This document shows, in pieces, positions 1 to 9,182 of a stretch of DNA of 46,650 nucleotides. The DNA is from Gammaproteobacteria bacterium (GTDB lineage Bacteria > Pseudomonadota > Gammaproteobacteria > UBA4575). The position numbers and the translations under genes are program-made. Within the stretch, counting starts at the first letter, position 1. Each line of letters starts with the position of its first letter. The stretch is taken from positions 1-46,650 of the forward strand of contig CBFHSW010000070.1 of assembly GCA_965658595.1 (NCBI GenBank), in the 5' to 3' direction. Below the pieces are notes generated by a model. The model was not told where the DNA came from. It made no database searches and saw only the letters and a program-made list of their open reading frames with translations.

Positions 1-97
1 ACCATTCAGCCCAATAATCGACTAGTACGGGTTGATCACTTTGCAACACTTCTTCATCAAAAGTCGCGTCCGATATGCTTGTGATTTTTTCACTCAC
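1..97 (-). CDS. trxA: thioredoxin, N-terminal fragment (gene runs off the left edge)
   Basis: Reverse complement reads [34 protein letters not shown], the TrxA N-terminus ending just before the WCGPC site. GGAG lies 7 nt upstream of the GTG. Too short for the ORF track. Confidence 0.8.
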   Translation of the reverse strand, partial: [32 protein letters not shown]

Positions 98-221
98 ATT
101 AATACTCCATAGGTTTAAAATAGATTTGGAAATTATTCATATACAGCCCCATTCTTAGTAGCGCTATGACCAGCATATTATCAGAAAATAATTCTGTGCG
201 TACAAGGCAATTGACAACATA

Positions 222-1148
222 ATGGCGCAGTTCCGCTATAATCGGAGCATGAATAGTACACAAACGATAAGTATTTTAGGTGGTAGCGGATTTGTAGGCA
301 CTGATCTATGTGCCCAACTGACGCAAAAGGGTGCCAGCATTAAGCTCCTTACTCGAAATGTAGCGGCATGTGCTCACCTTACGTCCGTGCAGAATATTAC
401 TATCATTTGCGTGCAAGATTACTCACTGGCCTCACTCACTAAAGCTGTAAAAAACAGCGATGTGGTTATTAATCTGATTGGCATCCTCAATGAGAAAGGT
501 CACGATGGCCAAGAATTTTATGATGTTCATACTGAAATCACTCAACACGCACTGACAGCTTGTCAACAGCTGGGAATCAAACGCTATCTTCAATTAAGTG
601 CGTTGAATGCTGATGTTAACGGTCCTAGTCATTACCTTCGCAGTAAAGGTCATGCTGAACATCATTTACACTCGCAATGTGAAGATGTCGCCGTCACGAT
701 TTTTCAACCGTCTGTTATCTTTGGTGAGAACGACAGCTTCTTAAATCGATTTGCTCAGTTACTTAAATTTATACCCGTGCTTTTTCCACTGGCCTGCGCT
801 GACGCACGATTTTCCCCCGTCTATGTGGGTGACGTGGTTAAATCTATGGTCGACAGCATTGATGATAAAACCACTCATGCGCAGACCTATCCTCTGTGCG
901 GCCCTAATACATATACACTTAAAGAGCTGGTGGAATATACAGCCAGCGTCAGTGGACATCGTTGCAAAGTCATAAGCTTATCGCCCATGCTATCGAAGAT
1001 TCAAGCACAGGTATTTGAATACTTCCCCGGCAAACCACTCTCAATCGATAACTATAATTCACTCAAAGTTGATAGTGTATGCACTAATGATTCAAGCTGC
1101 ACAACCGCTTTGGAAGACATTGCACCCAATTATCTAGCCGATAAATAA
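222..1148 (+). CDS. NAD(P)H-binding Rossmann protein, complex I NDUFA9-like / atypical SDR
   Basis: N-terminal ILGGSGFVGTDL glycine-rich dinucleotide motif and YLRSK (YxxxK). 308 aa. The start could instead be M10 at 249. Confidence 0.7.
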   Translation: MAQFRYNRSMNSTQTISILGGSGFVGTDLCAQLTQKGASIKLLTRNVAACAHLTSVQNITIICVQDYSLASLTKAVKNSDVVINLIGILNEKGHDGQEFYDVHTEITQHALTACQQLGIKRYLQLSALNADVNGPSHYLRSKGHAEHHLHSQCEDVAVTIFQPSVIFGENDSFLNRFAQLLKFIPVLFPLACADARFSPVYVGDVVKSMVDSIDDKTTHAQTYPLCGPNTYTLKELVEYTASVSGHRCKVISLSPMLSKIQAQVFEYFPGKPLSIDNYNSLKVDSVCTNDSSCTTALEDIAPNYLADK

Positions 1149-1207
1149 ATCCTCATTAACGCGTGTACAATAGCCATTGATGATCTTTTAAACATTGATG
1201 GATTTAG

Positions 1208-2347
1208 ATGATGCAAGTCTACCTAGTGGGTGGTGCAGTTCGAGATAAATTATTAGGACTTCCAGTCAAAGAACGTGACTGGGTAGTAGTAGGCGCAGAA
1301 GCCCAAACACTTATTGCACGAGGTTATCGTCAAGTTGGGCGTGACTTTCCTGTTTTTTTACATCCCGACACTCAGGAAGAATATGCCTTAGCAAGAACTG
1401 AGAGAAAATCGGGTAAGGGACATCAAGGTTTCGTTGTTCACAGCAGCCCCGAGGTAACACTGGAGCAAGATTTGCTACGTCGTGATCTCACTATTAATGC
1501 CATTGCAGAAGATGCAGAGCACCAATTAATCGATCCTTATAATGGATTATCAGATCTAAAACAGCGCTGTCTTCGCCATATATCTCCCGCTTTTGCAGAA
1601 GATCCTCTGCGCGTTTTTCGAGTGGCACGTTTCGCCGCTCGTTTTCATGACTTGGGGTTTTTTATAGCTGAAGAAACACTAGAGTTAATGTCTCAATTGT
1701 GCGTCAGCGATGAACTTAAGTTTTTATCTAAAGAACGCATCTGGAGAGAAACCGAAAAAGCGCTAGCCTGTAATTCTCCACAAGTTTATTTTGATGTGCT
1801 TGAACAAGTTGGTGCAATTGGGTATGTGAGTGAGCTTTTCAATAATCAATCACCCAGTGACCAACTCAATCAGTTGAATCAAGTTCACAACCAACAATCT
1901 CGTTACATCGCATTATGTTTGTTATGTGTTGATGTCGATCAAAATGGTGAGACCGAAACCACTAGTGCAAAATTACAACAGCTACAAGAGCATTTCTTTG
2001 CGTCACAGAATCTTCAGGACATATGTAGCCTGATTGTAGAAAATAACCTGCTCAAATTAGATACTGACACACTCAACGCTGAGCAGATTTATCAGCTCAT
2101 ACAACGATTAGATGCCTTGCGTCGACCAGAGAGATTACAAGAACTGATCAAGCATATGGGGCAGCTTGATAACTTATTCAATGATATAACTATGTCCTCT
2201 TTTGAGTTCTTAAGCTTTTGCATTCAGCAGCTAACTGAACTCAAATTAGATCCTGCAAGCATGCAAACACTTAAAGGCAAGGCGATTGGTTTAGCATTGG
2301 AAAAAATGCGCATCGAGAAAATTAAACATCTTAAGCAGAATACCTAA
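1208..2347 (+). CDS. cca: CCA-adding tRNA nucleotidyltransferase (HD-domain motifs degenerate)
   Basis: [16 protein letters not shown]...ERDWVVVG and RRDLTINA head-domain motifs of class II nucleotidyltransferases. 379 aa. The C-terminal region lacks the HD dyad. Confidence 0.85.
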   Translation: MMQVYLVGGAVRDKLLGLPVKERDWVVVGAEAQTLIARGYRQVGRDFPVFLHPDTQEEYALARTERKSGKGHQGFVVHSSPEVTLEQDLLRRDLTINAIAEDAEHQLIDPYNGLSDLKQRCLRHISPAFAEDPLRVFRVARFAARFHDLGFFIAEETLELMSQLCVSDELKFLSKERIWRETEKALACNSPQVYFDVLEQVGAIGYVSELFNNQSPSDQLNQLNQVHNQQSRYIALCLLCVDVDQNGETETTSAKLQQLQEHFFASQNLQDICSLIVENNLLKLDTDTLNAEQIYQLIQRLDALRRPERLQELIKHMGQLDNLFNDITMSSFEFLSFCIQQLTELKLDPASMQTLKGKAIGLALEKMRIEKIKHLKQNT

Positions 2348-2402
2348 GTCACACATGCCTGAGTTTTAGGTTGTTATTGTTTACTCATTGATAATTGCGT
2401 AT

Positions 2403-3194
2403 TTATAAAAATAGTAATAACGCAGCACCCAAACCCAGCCGGTAAATTACAAACGGCAACATGCCTATCAGATTCACCAACTGCACAAATACTTTAATGC
2501 ATAGATAGGCCACTGCTCCAGAAATAACAAATAATACTGCAGTCGCCATCCAATCAATCTCAATACTATGTAATGACACCTTCATGAGCTTATAAGTGAT
2601 AGCCGCGAGAATAGTCGGTATTGACAACAAAAATGAGAAACGTGCTGCAGCTACTCTGTCACAACCCGTTAGCAAGGCTGCTGTCATAGTGACGCCTGCT
2701 CGTGAGGCACCAGGGATTAGAGCCAACACTTGTGCGCAACCTATTAAAAGCACTTGCTTGAAATTAAGTTGGTATTCATTTATCTGACACTTAGCGGCTT
2801 TATCCGCCAACAGTAATACTAGAGCAAAACCAATAGTGGCAAAGGCAATGATTTGACTACTACGGAAGTGCTGTTCGATTGATCCTGCCCAAATCAAGCC
2901 TACTAGCACTATAGGCAGGGTAGCGATCACGATTGATTTCAGTAAATGCAAAGACTGTTTTGCCTGTGCGTGATTAGGATGTGTCAAAGCCCATAACATG
3001 GATTGAATTTCTTGTCGGAAATACACTATCACAGCCATCAAGCTACCCGCATGAGCAACCACATCCATGAATAAACCTTGGTCCTGCCAATTAAATATTA
3101 TTGACACCAAAACCAAATGTGCAGAGCTTGAAATGGGTAGGAACTCTGTAATTCCTTGTATTAAACCCAAACAAATAATTTGTAACAAATCCAT
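2403..3194 (-). CDS. uppP: undecaprenyl-diphosphate phosphatase
   Basis: MDLLQIICLGLIQGITEFLPISSSAHL is the typical UppP/BacA N-terminus, and the protein is polytopic. The ORF is open to 3230; alternative starts are at 3206 and 3230. Confidence 0.9.
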   Translation of the reverse strand: MDLLQIICLGLIQGITEFLPISSSAHLVLVSIIFNWQDQGLFMDVVAHAGSLMAVIVYFRQEIQSMLWALTHPNHAQAKQSLHLLKSIVIATLPIVLVGLIWAGSIEQHFRSSQIIAFATIGFALVLLLADKAAKCQINEYQLNFKQVLLIGCAQVLALIPGASRAGVTMTAALLTGCDRVAAARFSFLLSIPTILAAITYKLMKVSLHSIEIDWMATAVLFVISGAVAYLCIKVFVQLVNLIGMLPFVIYRLGLGAALLLFL

Positions 3195-3352
3195 GATGGT
3201 CACCATACTCTTGCACACTGATAGGCTCAATTAAATTTCAACATCGAGTGTGACTCGATGCTGCAAAAAGCGCTTGTACTATTTACCCAGATAAAATTTC
3301 ATTGCACTGTGCTACATTATTCTTTTATTTAACAACTGCAAGGTCATCACCC

Positions 3353-4096
3353 ATGACATCACAACAAGCAAAAGTCGCCCTCGTCACAGGTTCAGCAAAG
3401 CGCATTGGTGCTGAAATCGTGCGTAGACTTCACAGCGAAGGCTACAATGTTATTCTGCATTATAATGGCTCTACCCAATTGGCTGAAAATATCGCAGAAC
3501 AACTCAACGCTGAGCGTGATAATAGCATCACATTGATACAACATAATCTGCTCGACTTTGAGAATATGTCAGCCTTTGCTGATCAGATAGTAGCAATCTA
3601 CGGCCGTCTCGATGTGTTAGTCAATAATGCCTCCACTTTCTATCCCACTCCTATGCAGGACATAGATTTTCAACAATGGGATGATTTAATGGGTGTAAAT
3701 GTGAAAGCGCCTTTGTTTTTGAGCAATGCCTTAGCACCTACCTTAAAAACGCATAATGGCAATATAATTAATATCGTTGACATCCACTCTGGCCGTCCTC
3801 TAAAAGACTACCCTATTTATAGCGTAGCGAAAGCAGGACTCAAAATGCTGACTAAATCTCTCGCACGTGAGTTAGCGCCAGAGATACGCGTGAACGGTGT
3901 TTCACCGGGTGCGATCATGTGGCCTGAGGTAGAAGATTACGAATCCACGCATGCTGAAATCATAGAGAGAACTGCTCTCAAGCGTGAGGGGCATCCAATA
4001 GATATTGCCAACTGTGTTTGGTTTCTAATCAATCAAGCTGACTACGTCACTGGTCAGATCATTGCTATTGATGGTGGACGAACTCTTAGCAACTAA
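3353..4096 (+). CDS. short-chain dehydrogenase, pteridine reductase (FolM/PTR1-like)
   Basis: VTGSAKRIGAEIV cofactor motif, NNAS, and YSVAK (YxxxK). It lies next to folK-folB. The ATG at 3353 (MTSQQAK) is preferred over the TTG at 3302. Confidence 0.7.
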   Translation: MTSQQAKVALVTGSAKRIGAEIVRRLHSEGYNVILHYNGSTQLAENIAEQLNAERDNSITLIQHNLLDFENMSAFADQIVAIYGRLDVLVNNASTFYPTPMQDIDFQQWDDLMGVNVKAPLFLSNALAPTLKTHNGNIINIVDIHSGRPLKDYPIYSVAKAGLKMLTKSLARELAPEIRVNGVSPGAIMWPEVEDYESTHAEIIERTALKREGHPIDIANCVWFLINQADYVTGQIIAIDGGRTLSN

Positions 4097-4153
4097 ATCA
4101 TCAAACAAACTTACATACAGGTTCAGAATAGACGGCTACTCTGGCAGTAGATA

Positions 4154-4648
4154 TCACATGGCGTTGATTTCTACCGTGGCTAGATTCAGTTGCGTCTTAT
4201 CAAAATCTTGCCAAATTTGCTTAATGCTTAATCCTAACTGTGGATGGATTAGGTCTGGTGCTATATCAAACAACGGTTTTAGCACGAACGCATATTTGGC
4301 AATATCTGGACTGGGGAGCTGTACATGAGGCTCACTCACAATCTGGTCAGCATATAATAGTTGGTCCAAATCTAGCGTACGAGATATGAACTGATTTTGA
4401 CTCATGCGGATGCGCAGGTGAGATGCTTCGATTTCTCGCAATCGGTTAAACATGCCTGTTGGCGTCAAATTTGTCTCAAATCCAACCACACAGTTGTAAA
4501 AGTCTTCGCCTTCAAATCCAGTAGCAGCGGTTTGATATACAGGTGAAACATCAACGTGACCGAATTCCAGCTTCAACTCATCGAGAACCTTGATGATGTG
4601 GAAGCGTTTATCGATGTTACTGCCCACCCCAACATAAACTCGGGCCAT
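4154..4648 (-). CDS. folK: 2-amino-4-hydroxy-6-hydroxymethyldihydropteridine diphosphokinase
   Basis: MARVYVGVGSNIDKR... and RTLDLDQLLY are HPPK hallmarks. It directly abuts folB. Confidence 0.9.
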   Translation of the reverse strand: MARVYVGVGSNIDKRFHIIKVLDELKLEFGHVDVSPVYQTAATGFEGEDFYNCVVGFETNLTPTGMFNRLREIEASHLRIRMSQNQFISRTLDLDQLLYADQIVSEPHVQLPSPDIAKYAFVLKPLFDIAPDLIHPQLGLSIKQIWQDFDKTQLNLATVEINAM

Positions 4649-5005
4649 TTACTCCTTTACTCCCCTTTCAATAGTGACACCGACGGCATCTGAACCCCTC
4701 ACCGCACCTGGTTTAGCGATAGTGAGGCGTAACCATAACACCCCAAATTCCTGCATTATTGTCTGTGCGATCAACTCTATTAATGTTTCCACCAACTGAG
4801 GCTGATTATCTCTGACGATATCTCGGATCTTCTGTGAGATAGCTTTGTAGTCTAGAGTATCTTCAAGGGCGTCAGAGGCTGCCGCAGAGGCAATATCAGT
4901 TCGCATTTCTAGATCAATTCGGATTTTCTGCTTAACCTGTCGTTCCCAGTCAAACACGCCAATCACTGCGTCCATGCTGAGGTTTTGTATAAAAACTGTA
5001 TCCAT
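4649..5005 (-). CDS. folB: dihydroneopterin aldolase
   Basis: MDTVFIQNLSMDAVIGVFDWERQVKQKIRIDLEM matches the FolB N-terminus, with a ...LVETLIE... core. The start is taken at the MDTV methionine; the ORF is open to 5056. Confidence 0.85.
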   Translation of the reverse strand: MDTVFIQNLSMDAVIGVFDWERQVKQKIRIDLEMRTDIASAAASDALEDTLDYKAISQKIRDIVRDNQPQLVETLIELIAQTIMQEFGVLWLRLTIAKPGAVRGSDAVGVTIERGVKE

Positions 5006-5182
5006 AGTCTTAAAATTATATCGTCTGTTTCCTATGATTGAGGAATGTGTCCCCACCAGAAACCCTATTATGCGCTAATTTTCACAATAATAGGATATAC
5101 ACAAATCAGCACTTCCCTTAGATTTAGCTTTCTGGTAGATTACGTCGCCCTAACGCATCATAAAACTTAACGAAGAAAACCC

Positions 5183-5419
5183 ATGTCTAGAGTATGCCAA
5201 GTCACCGGTAAGCGCCCTGTAGCAGGCAACAATGTCTCACACGCGCACAACAAAACACGTCGCAGATTTCTGCCTAACCTTCATACACATCGTTTTTGGG
5301 TGGAAAGTGAAGGCCGTTGGGTCAAATTACGTCTTTCAACCAAAGGCATGCGTATCATCGATAAGAAAGGGATTGATACGGTTATTGCTGAAATACGCTC
5401 ACGTGGCGAAACTGTTTAG
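5183..5419 (+). CDS. rpmB: 50S ribosomal protein L28
   Basis: [34 protein letters not shown] is a canonical L28 sequence. Confidence 0.97.
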   Translation: MSRVCQVTGKRPVAGNNVSHAHNKTRRRFLPNLHTHRFWVESEGRWVKLRLSTKGMRIIDKKGIDTVIAEIRSRGETV

Positions 5420-5469
5420 AGACTAATCGATTCAACAACGACGAATAAAGAACCCATAGGACAACCATC

Positions 5470-5625
5470 ATGCGTGAGAAAATAAAACTCGTATCAAGTG
5501 CAGAGACAGGTCATTTTTACACTACGACCAAAAATAAGCGCACCATGCCTGACAAAATGGAAATCAAAAAGTACGACCCAGTCGTCCGCAAGCATGTAAT
5601 GTATAAGGAAGCGAAGATTAAATAA
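5470..5625 (+). CDS. rpmG: 50S ribosomal protein L33
   Basis: Hand translation gives [51 protein letters not shown]. It is 51 aa, so absent from the ORF track, and sits 50 nt after rpmB as in the rpmBG operon. Confidence 0.95.
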   Translation: MREKIKLVSSAETGHFYTTTKNKRTMPDKMEIKKYDPVVRKHVMYKEAKIK

Positions 5626-5898
5626 TCTTCGCCTTCATCCCCTAGCAGGCTATTGTTCTACAATAACGCCTCGAATAGAGCACCTATCCACTCGCTAGTT
5701 TCAACTCAAATCCTCTTATTGTTTAGAGCTTCTCTTCGCTATATCCCATTACGCCATGTCATTATCAATACTCATAGACCGTGTCTAAAGCGATTGTCTT
5801 ACAGCGGCTTAATCAATTTGTCGCGAAACAATCACTCAATTCACCAAGCAATCAAATGATGCGTCCAGATCAGAGATGTTGTGCTCAAATGAAGTCGT

Positions 5899-7086
5899 TT
5901 AGCTGTGGTTATAGATCGGTGCTAATGTGTACCCTCGCAATGACTGAGCGAACTCTTCTAGCACTCTAATACCACTTTGCTCAGCCTCGTGGCACCAGTC
6001 TGTTAATGCCTTGAGCATGCCCTCATTATCTTGATAACGTTGAGTCCATAGCGCCTTGAGACGCTCTTTATGCTCATAAACAACTCTAAGTGACTGATTC
6101 TCATGAAGTATGCTATTTAATTTAGCGATCTGACATTGTGTCATTCGGCTGGGTTCACGCACCAACATGGTCTGAACGTCGTTCAACACATGGCGATTGT
6201 CACTGATAGGCATGAGTTCAGATTTCAATACAGGCAGAGTTACTTGTTTGGCGTAATCCGCCATCAAATGCAGCTGGCTAGTCAGGAGTGCGCGCATGGT
6301 ATCGACATCAATGACGTCACGCGCCGATGTCTGTAAAGGTTGTGGCGCAACCTTCTTAACATTTGCTAATCCGAACCAAGATAACACGGTGATATACATC
6401 CAGCCGATATCAAACTCCCACCATTTAACAGAAAATTTAGCTGAACTAGGATAAGCATGATGATTGTTGTGCATTTCTTCACCGCCAATCAATATGCCGA
6501 TATTAGTTAGATTAGTGGAACCATCTTTCGGCTCAAAATTACGATATCCCCAATAGTGGCCAGCTCCGTTAATAATGCCAGCGGCAAAAATAGGAATCCA
6601 AGCCATCTGAACGGCCCAATAAGTTAATCCTATCGGCCCATAAAATAGCACACATAATATCAACCATAAGGTAATGCCAAGGTTACGATGACGTGAATAA
6701 AGGTTGTTTTCTATCCAGTCGTCGGGAGCACCATGGCCAAAATCTTTACAAATTTGTTCATCTTCAGCGGCTTTTCGATATAACTCCGCACCTTCAAAGA
6801 GTACTTTTCTTATGCCATACACATATGGGCTGTGTGGATCTTTTTTATCTTCGGTATGAGCGTGATGTTTACGGTGGATAGAAATCCATTCTTTTGTGAC
6901 TTGGGCGGTGGTAGCCCACAACCAAAATCTAAAAAAATGACTAATTATTGGATGCAAGTCAATGGCGCGATGAGCCTGACAGCGGTGTAAATATAGGGTT
7001 ACTGCAACAATGGTGATGTGTGTAGTCAACAAAACACACAATAATTGTCCCCACCAGGGTAAATCTATTAGACCTTCCAACATCAA
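5899..7086 (-). CDS. membrane fatty-acid (acyl-CoA/acyl-lipid) delta-9-type desaturase
   Basis: Three His boxes are present: HRCQAH, HRKHHAH and HNNHHAY. The N-terminal half has TM helices and there is a ~130-aa soluble C-terminal extension. Confidence 0.85.
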   Translation of the reverse strand: MMLEGLIDLPWWGQLLCVLLTTHITIVAVTLYLHRCQAHRAIDLHPIISHFFRFWLWATTAQVTKEWISIHRKHHAHTEDKKDPHSPYVYGIRKVLFEGAELYRKAAEDEQICKDFGHGAPDDWIENNLYSRHRNLGITLWLILCVLFYGPIGLTYWAVQMAWIPIFAAGIINGAGHYWGYRNFEPKDGSTNLTNIGILIGGEEMHNNHHAYPSSAKFSVKWWEFDIGWMYITVLSWFGLANVKKVAPQPLQTSARDVIDVDTMRALLTSQLHLMADYAKQVTLPVLKSELMPISDNRHVLNDVQTMLVREPSRMTQCQIAKLNSILHENQSLRVVYEHKERLKALWTQRYQDNEGMLKALTDWCHEAEQSGIRVLEEFAQSLRGYTLAPIYNHS

Positions 7087-7379
7087 CTATCCTTGAGGCA
7101 TATTGCCGAAACCACGTAGTGCGAGGATCATACTCGGCTTGCAATACCTGCGACAAGTATTAGATTTTTATCATGTATAACTACTGTCGATAAAAAAGCT
7201 CATCACGACATCCGATGGCGTGTAAAATCAAGCTCATGGGCATCAACATCAGTAATACTATTGAAACTCATTAGCCAAAATTTCAATCATTGTTTACAAA
7301 TCAAACACCTAAATATCGCATAACCTTGGTTTAAAGCAGCACATTTAATGAATACATTTAAAGAACTCACGTGATAACA

Positions 7380-8366
7380 ATGGATCTCAAGCCCACAACC
7401 GCAATCAATATCATTTTGTCGCCTAAAAGTGAGCAAATTCAGAATGATGATCAATTTTGTGTCGATTTTGACGTGGCTTCTGCAAACTCTGGGCAGGCCA
7501 TTCCTCTGCAAAACCTTCACACAGAAGTTATCCGTGAATGCTGGTCTGGACTGCAAGCCACAACCGAACAGGCTGACTGGCAATGCTTCACTAATGATGA
7601 ATTTTTATTGGCCAAGGTGCCCTCTGCTCTGTGTTCTGAGGCATTGGTAAATACAGCGATGGACACGGTCACACAGCGGGCCTATTCAGCCATCTTCGAA
7701 TTGATGCAAGAGCTTGGCTATCCACATTTATGTCGCACCTGGAATTACTTCTCTGAAATTACTGGAGGAGACGCACTCCCTCACAACCACTACCAATTAT
7801 TTTGCTCTGGTCGCAGTCGTGCCTATCAACAATATCAACAGCCGCAGCAATACCCAGCAGCAACTGTGGTGGGCTTACCTGAAGATGGTCTTCATATCTA
7901 TTTTTTAGCCGCTAAGCACGCAGGGCATGCGATTGAGAACCCACAGCAAGTAAGCGCTTACGAATATCCAAAACAGTACAGTCAGGATGCACCCTTGTTT
8001 GCTCGCGCTTTACTTCATCGCACGTCCACACAAACATTATTTTTTGTCTCAGGCACTGCAAGCATCATCGGACATAGCAGCCAGCATATTGATGATGTAA
8101 GACAACAAACTCATGCTTGTTTGGATAATATCGAGGCGTTAATTGAAACCGGACAGGAACAACATGCACTTGGTATAGCTAGCTTAGCGCAGTTCACACA
8201 GTTCAAAGTTTATGTGAAACATATGCAAGATTTCTCCCTCATTGAAGATCAGATACAACAACGATGCGGTCAACAGCCACAAATAGTTTATCTGCATGCA
8301 GATCTGTGTCGTAGTGATCTTTTAGTTGAGATAGAGGCATGTCATATTCAAGATAGCCTCAGCTAA
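7380..8366 (+). CDS. chorismate-transforming enzyme, FkbO/Hyg5/XanB2 family (chorismatase)
   Basis: CRTWNYFSEI...HYQLFCSGRSRAY and the C-terminal RidA/YjgF-like segment LFFVSGTASIIGHSSQHIDDVRQQTHACLDNIEALI resemble this family from memory. An alternative GTG start is at 7371. Confidence 0.6.
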   Translation: MDLKPTTAINIILSPKSEQIQNDDQFCVDFDVASANSGQAIPLQNLHTEVIRECWSGLQATTEQADWQCFTNDEFLLAKVPSALCSEALVNTAMDTVTQRAYSAIFELMQELGYPHLCRTWNYFSEITGGDALPHNHYQLFCSGRSRAYQQYQQPQQYPAATVVGLPEDGLHIYFLAAKHAGHAIENPQQVSAYEYPKQYSQDAPLFARALLHRTSTQTLFFVSGTASIIGHSSQHIDDVRQQTHACLDNIEALIETGQEQHALGIASLAQFTQFKVYVKHMQDFSLIEDQIQQRCGQQPQIVYLHADLCRSDLLVEIEACHIQDSLS

Positions 8367-8367
8367 C

Positions 8368-9180
8368 ATGCCAGAATTACCTGAAGTAGAAATTACACGA
8401 CGTGGTATAGAACCTCACATTCTTAATCAAACAATTACTCAAGTTATTATTCGCCAAGCACAATTACGCTGGCCGATACCAAAAAATATCAAGACTGATT
8501 GCACACAACAGGTGATTCAAACAGTTGCTCGTCGCGGCAAGTATTTACTCCTGAAGACTGAGCGAGGCCATTTAATTATGCATCTAGGCATGTCTGGAAG
8601 TTTACGAATTGCTGACACTGAGAGCACCATTCGCAAACATGATCACTTTGATCTGGTATTCAAGGATTTCAGCTTGAGGCTACACGACCCCAGACGTTTT
8701 GGATCTGTGTTGTGGGCTAAGCATGACCCTTTACAGCATAAACTCTTAGCTAAACTTGGGCCCGAGCCTCTCAGCTCAGAGTTTACAGCCGAGCATCTTT
8801 ATTACACATCACGCACTCGTCGTGTGGCAGTCAAAGAATTCATTATGCATTCTCATGTGGTGGTTGGGGTGGGAAATATTTATGCCACTGAAGCGCTTTT
8901 CATGGCGGGGATTAATCCTAAACGTGCCGCAGGGAGTATTTCCTTACAACGCTATGTCCGCCTTACACTAGCGATTAAAACCGTCCTCGCCAGAGCATTA
9001 GAATGTGGCGGTACAACTCTGAGAGACTTTAGCAATGAGCGCGGACAACCCGGATACTTTAGTATAGAACTGCAAACTTATGGACGCGCGCAACAACCCT
9101 GCGTGGTGTGTCAAAAGCCGCTGACCGCTATAAAGCAAGGTCAACGCACAACGACTTACTGCACGCATTGTCAAAAATAA
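8368..9180 (+). CDS. mutM: formamidopyrimidine-DNA glycosylase
   Basis: MPELPEVE catalytic N-terminus and a C-terminal zinc finger, CVVC...CTHC. Confidence 0.95.
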   Translation: MPELPEVEITRRGIEPHILNQTITQVIIRQAQLRWPIPKNIKTDCTQQVIQTVARRGKYLLLKTERGHLIMHLGMSGSLRIADTESTIRKHDHFDLVFKDFSLRLHDPRRFGSVLWAKHDPLQHKLLAKLGPEPLSSEFTAEHLYYTSRTRRVAVKEFIMHSHVVVGVGNIYATEALFMAGINPKRAAGSISLQRYVRLTLAIKTVLARALECGGTTLRDFSNERGQPGYFSIELQTYGRAQQPCVVCQKPLTAIKQGQRTTTYCTHCQK

Positions 9181-9182
9181 AA

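Noticed and set aside
5608-5636. 9-bp hairpin GCGAAGATT-aaat-AATCTTCGC overlapping the rpmG stop codon
   Set aside because: It could be the rpmBG terminator. It lacks a following T-run and half of it is coding, so I did not list it as a feature.
5653-5969. Two plus-strand ORFs (68 and 62 aa) in the rpmG-desaturase convergent spacer
   Set aside because: They have non-ATG or weak starts, no RBS and low-complexity sequence, and the second overlaps the desaturase 3' end. I also recognised no ncRNA in this 273-nt spacer.
7287-7583. 98-aa minus-strand ORF spanning the desaturase/chorismatase spacer and the chorismatase 5' end
   Set aside because: It overlaps the better-supported chorismatase gene, has no RBS, and has a Cys/Leu-rich odd composition. 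The spacer more likely holds divergent promoters.
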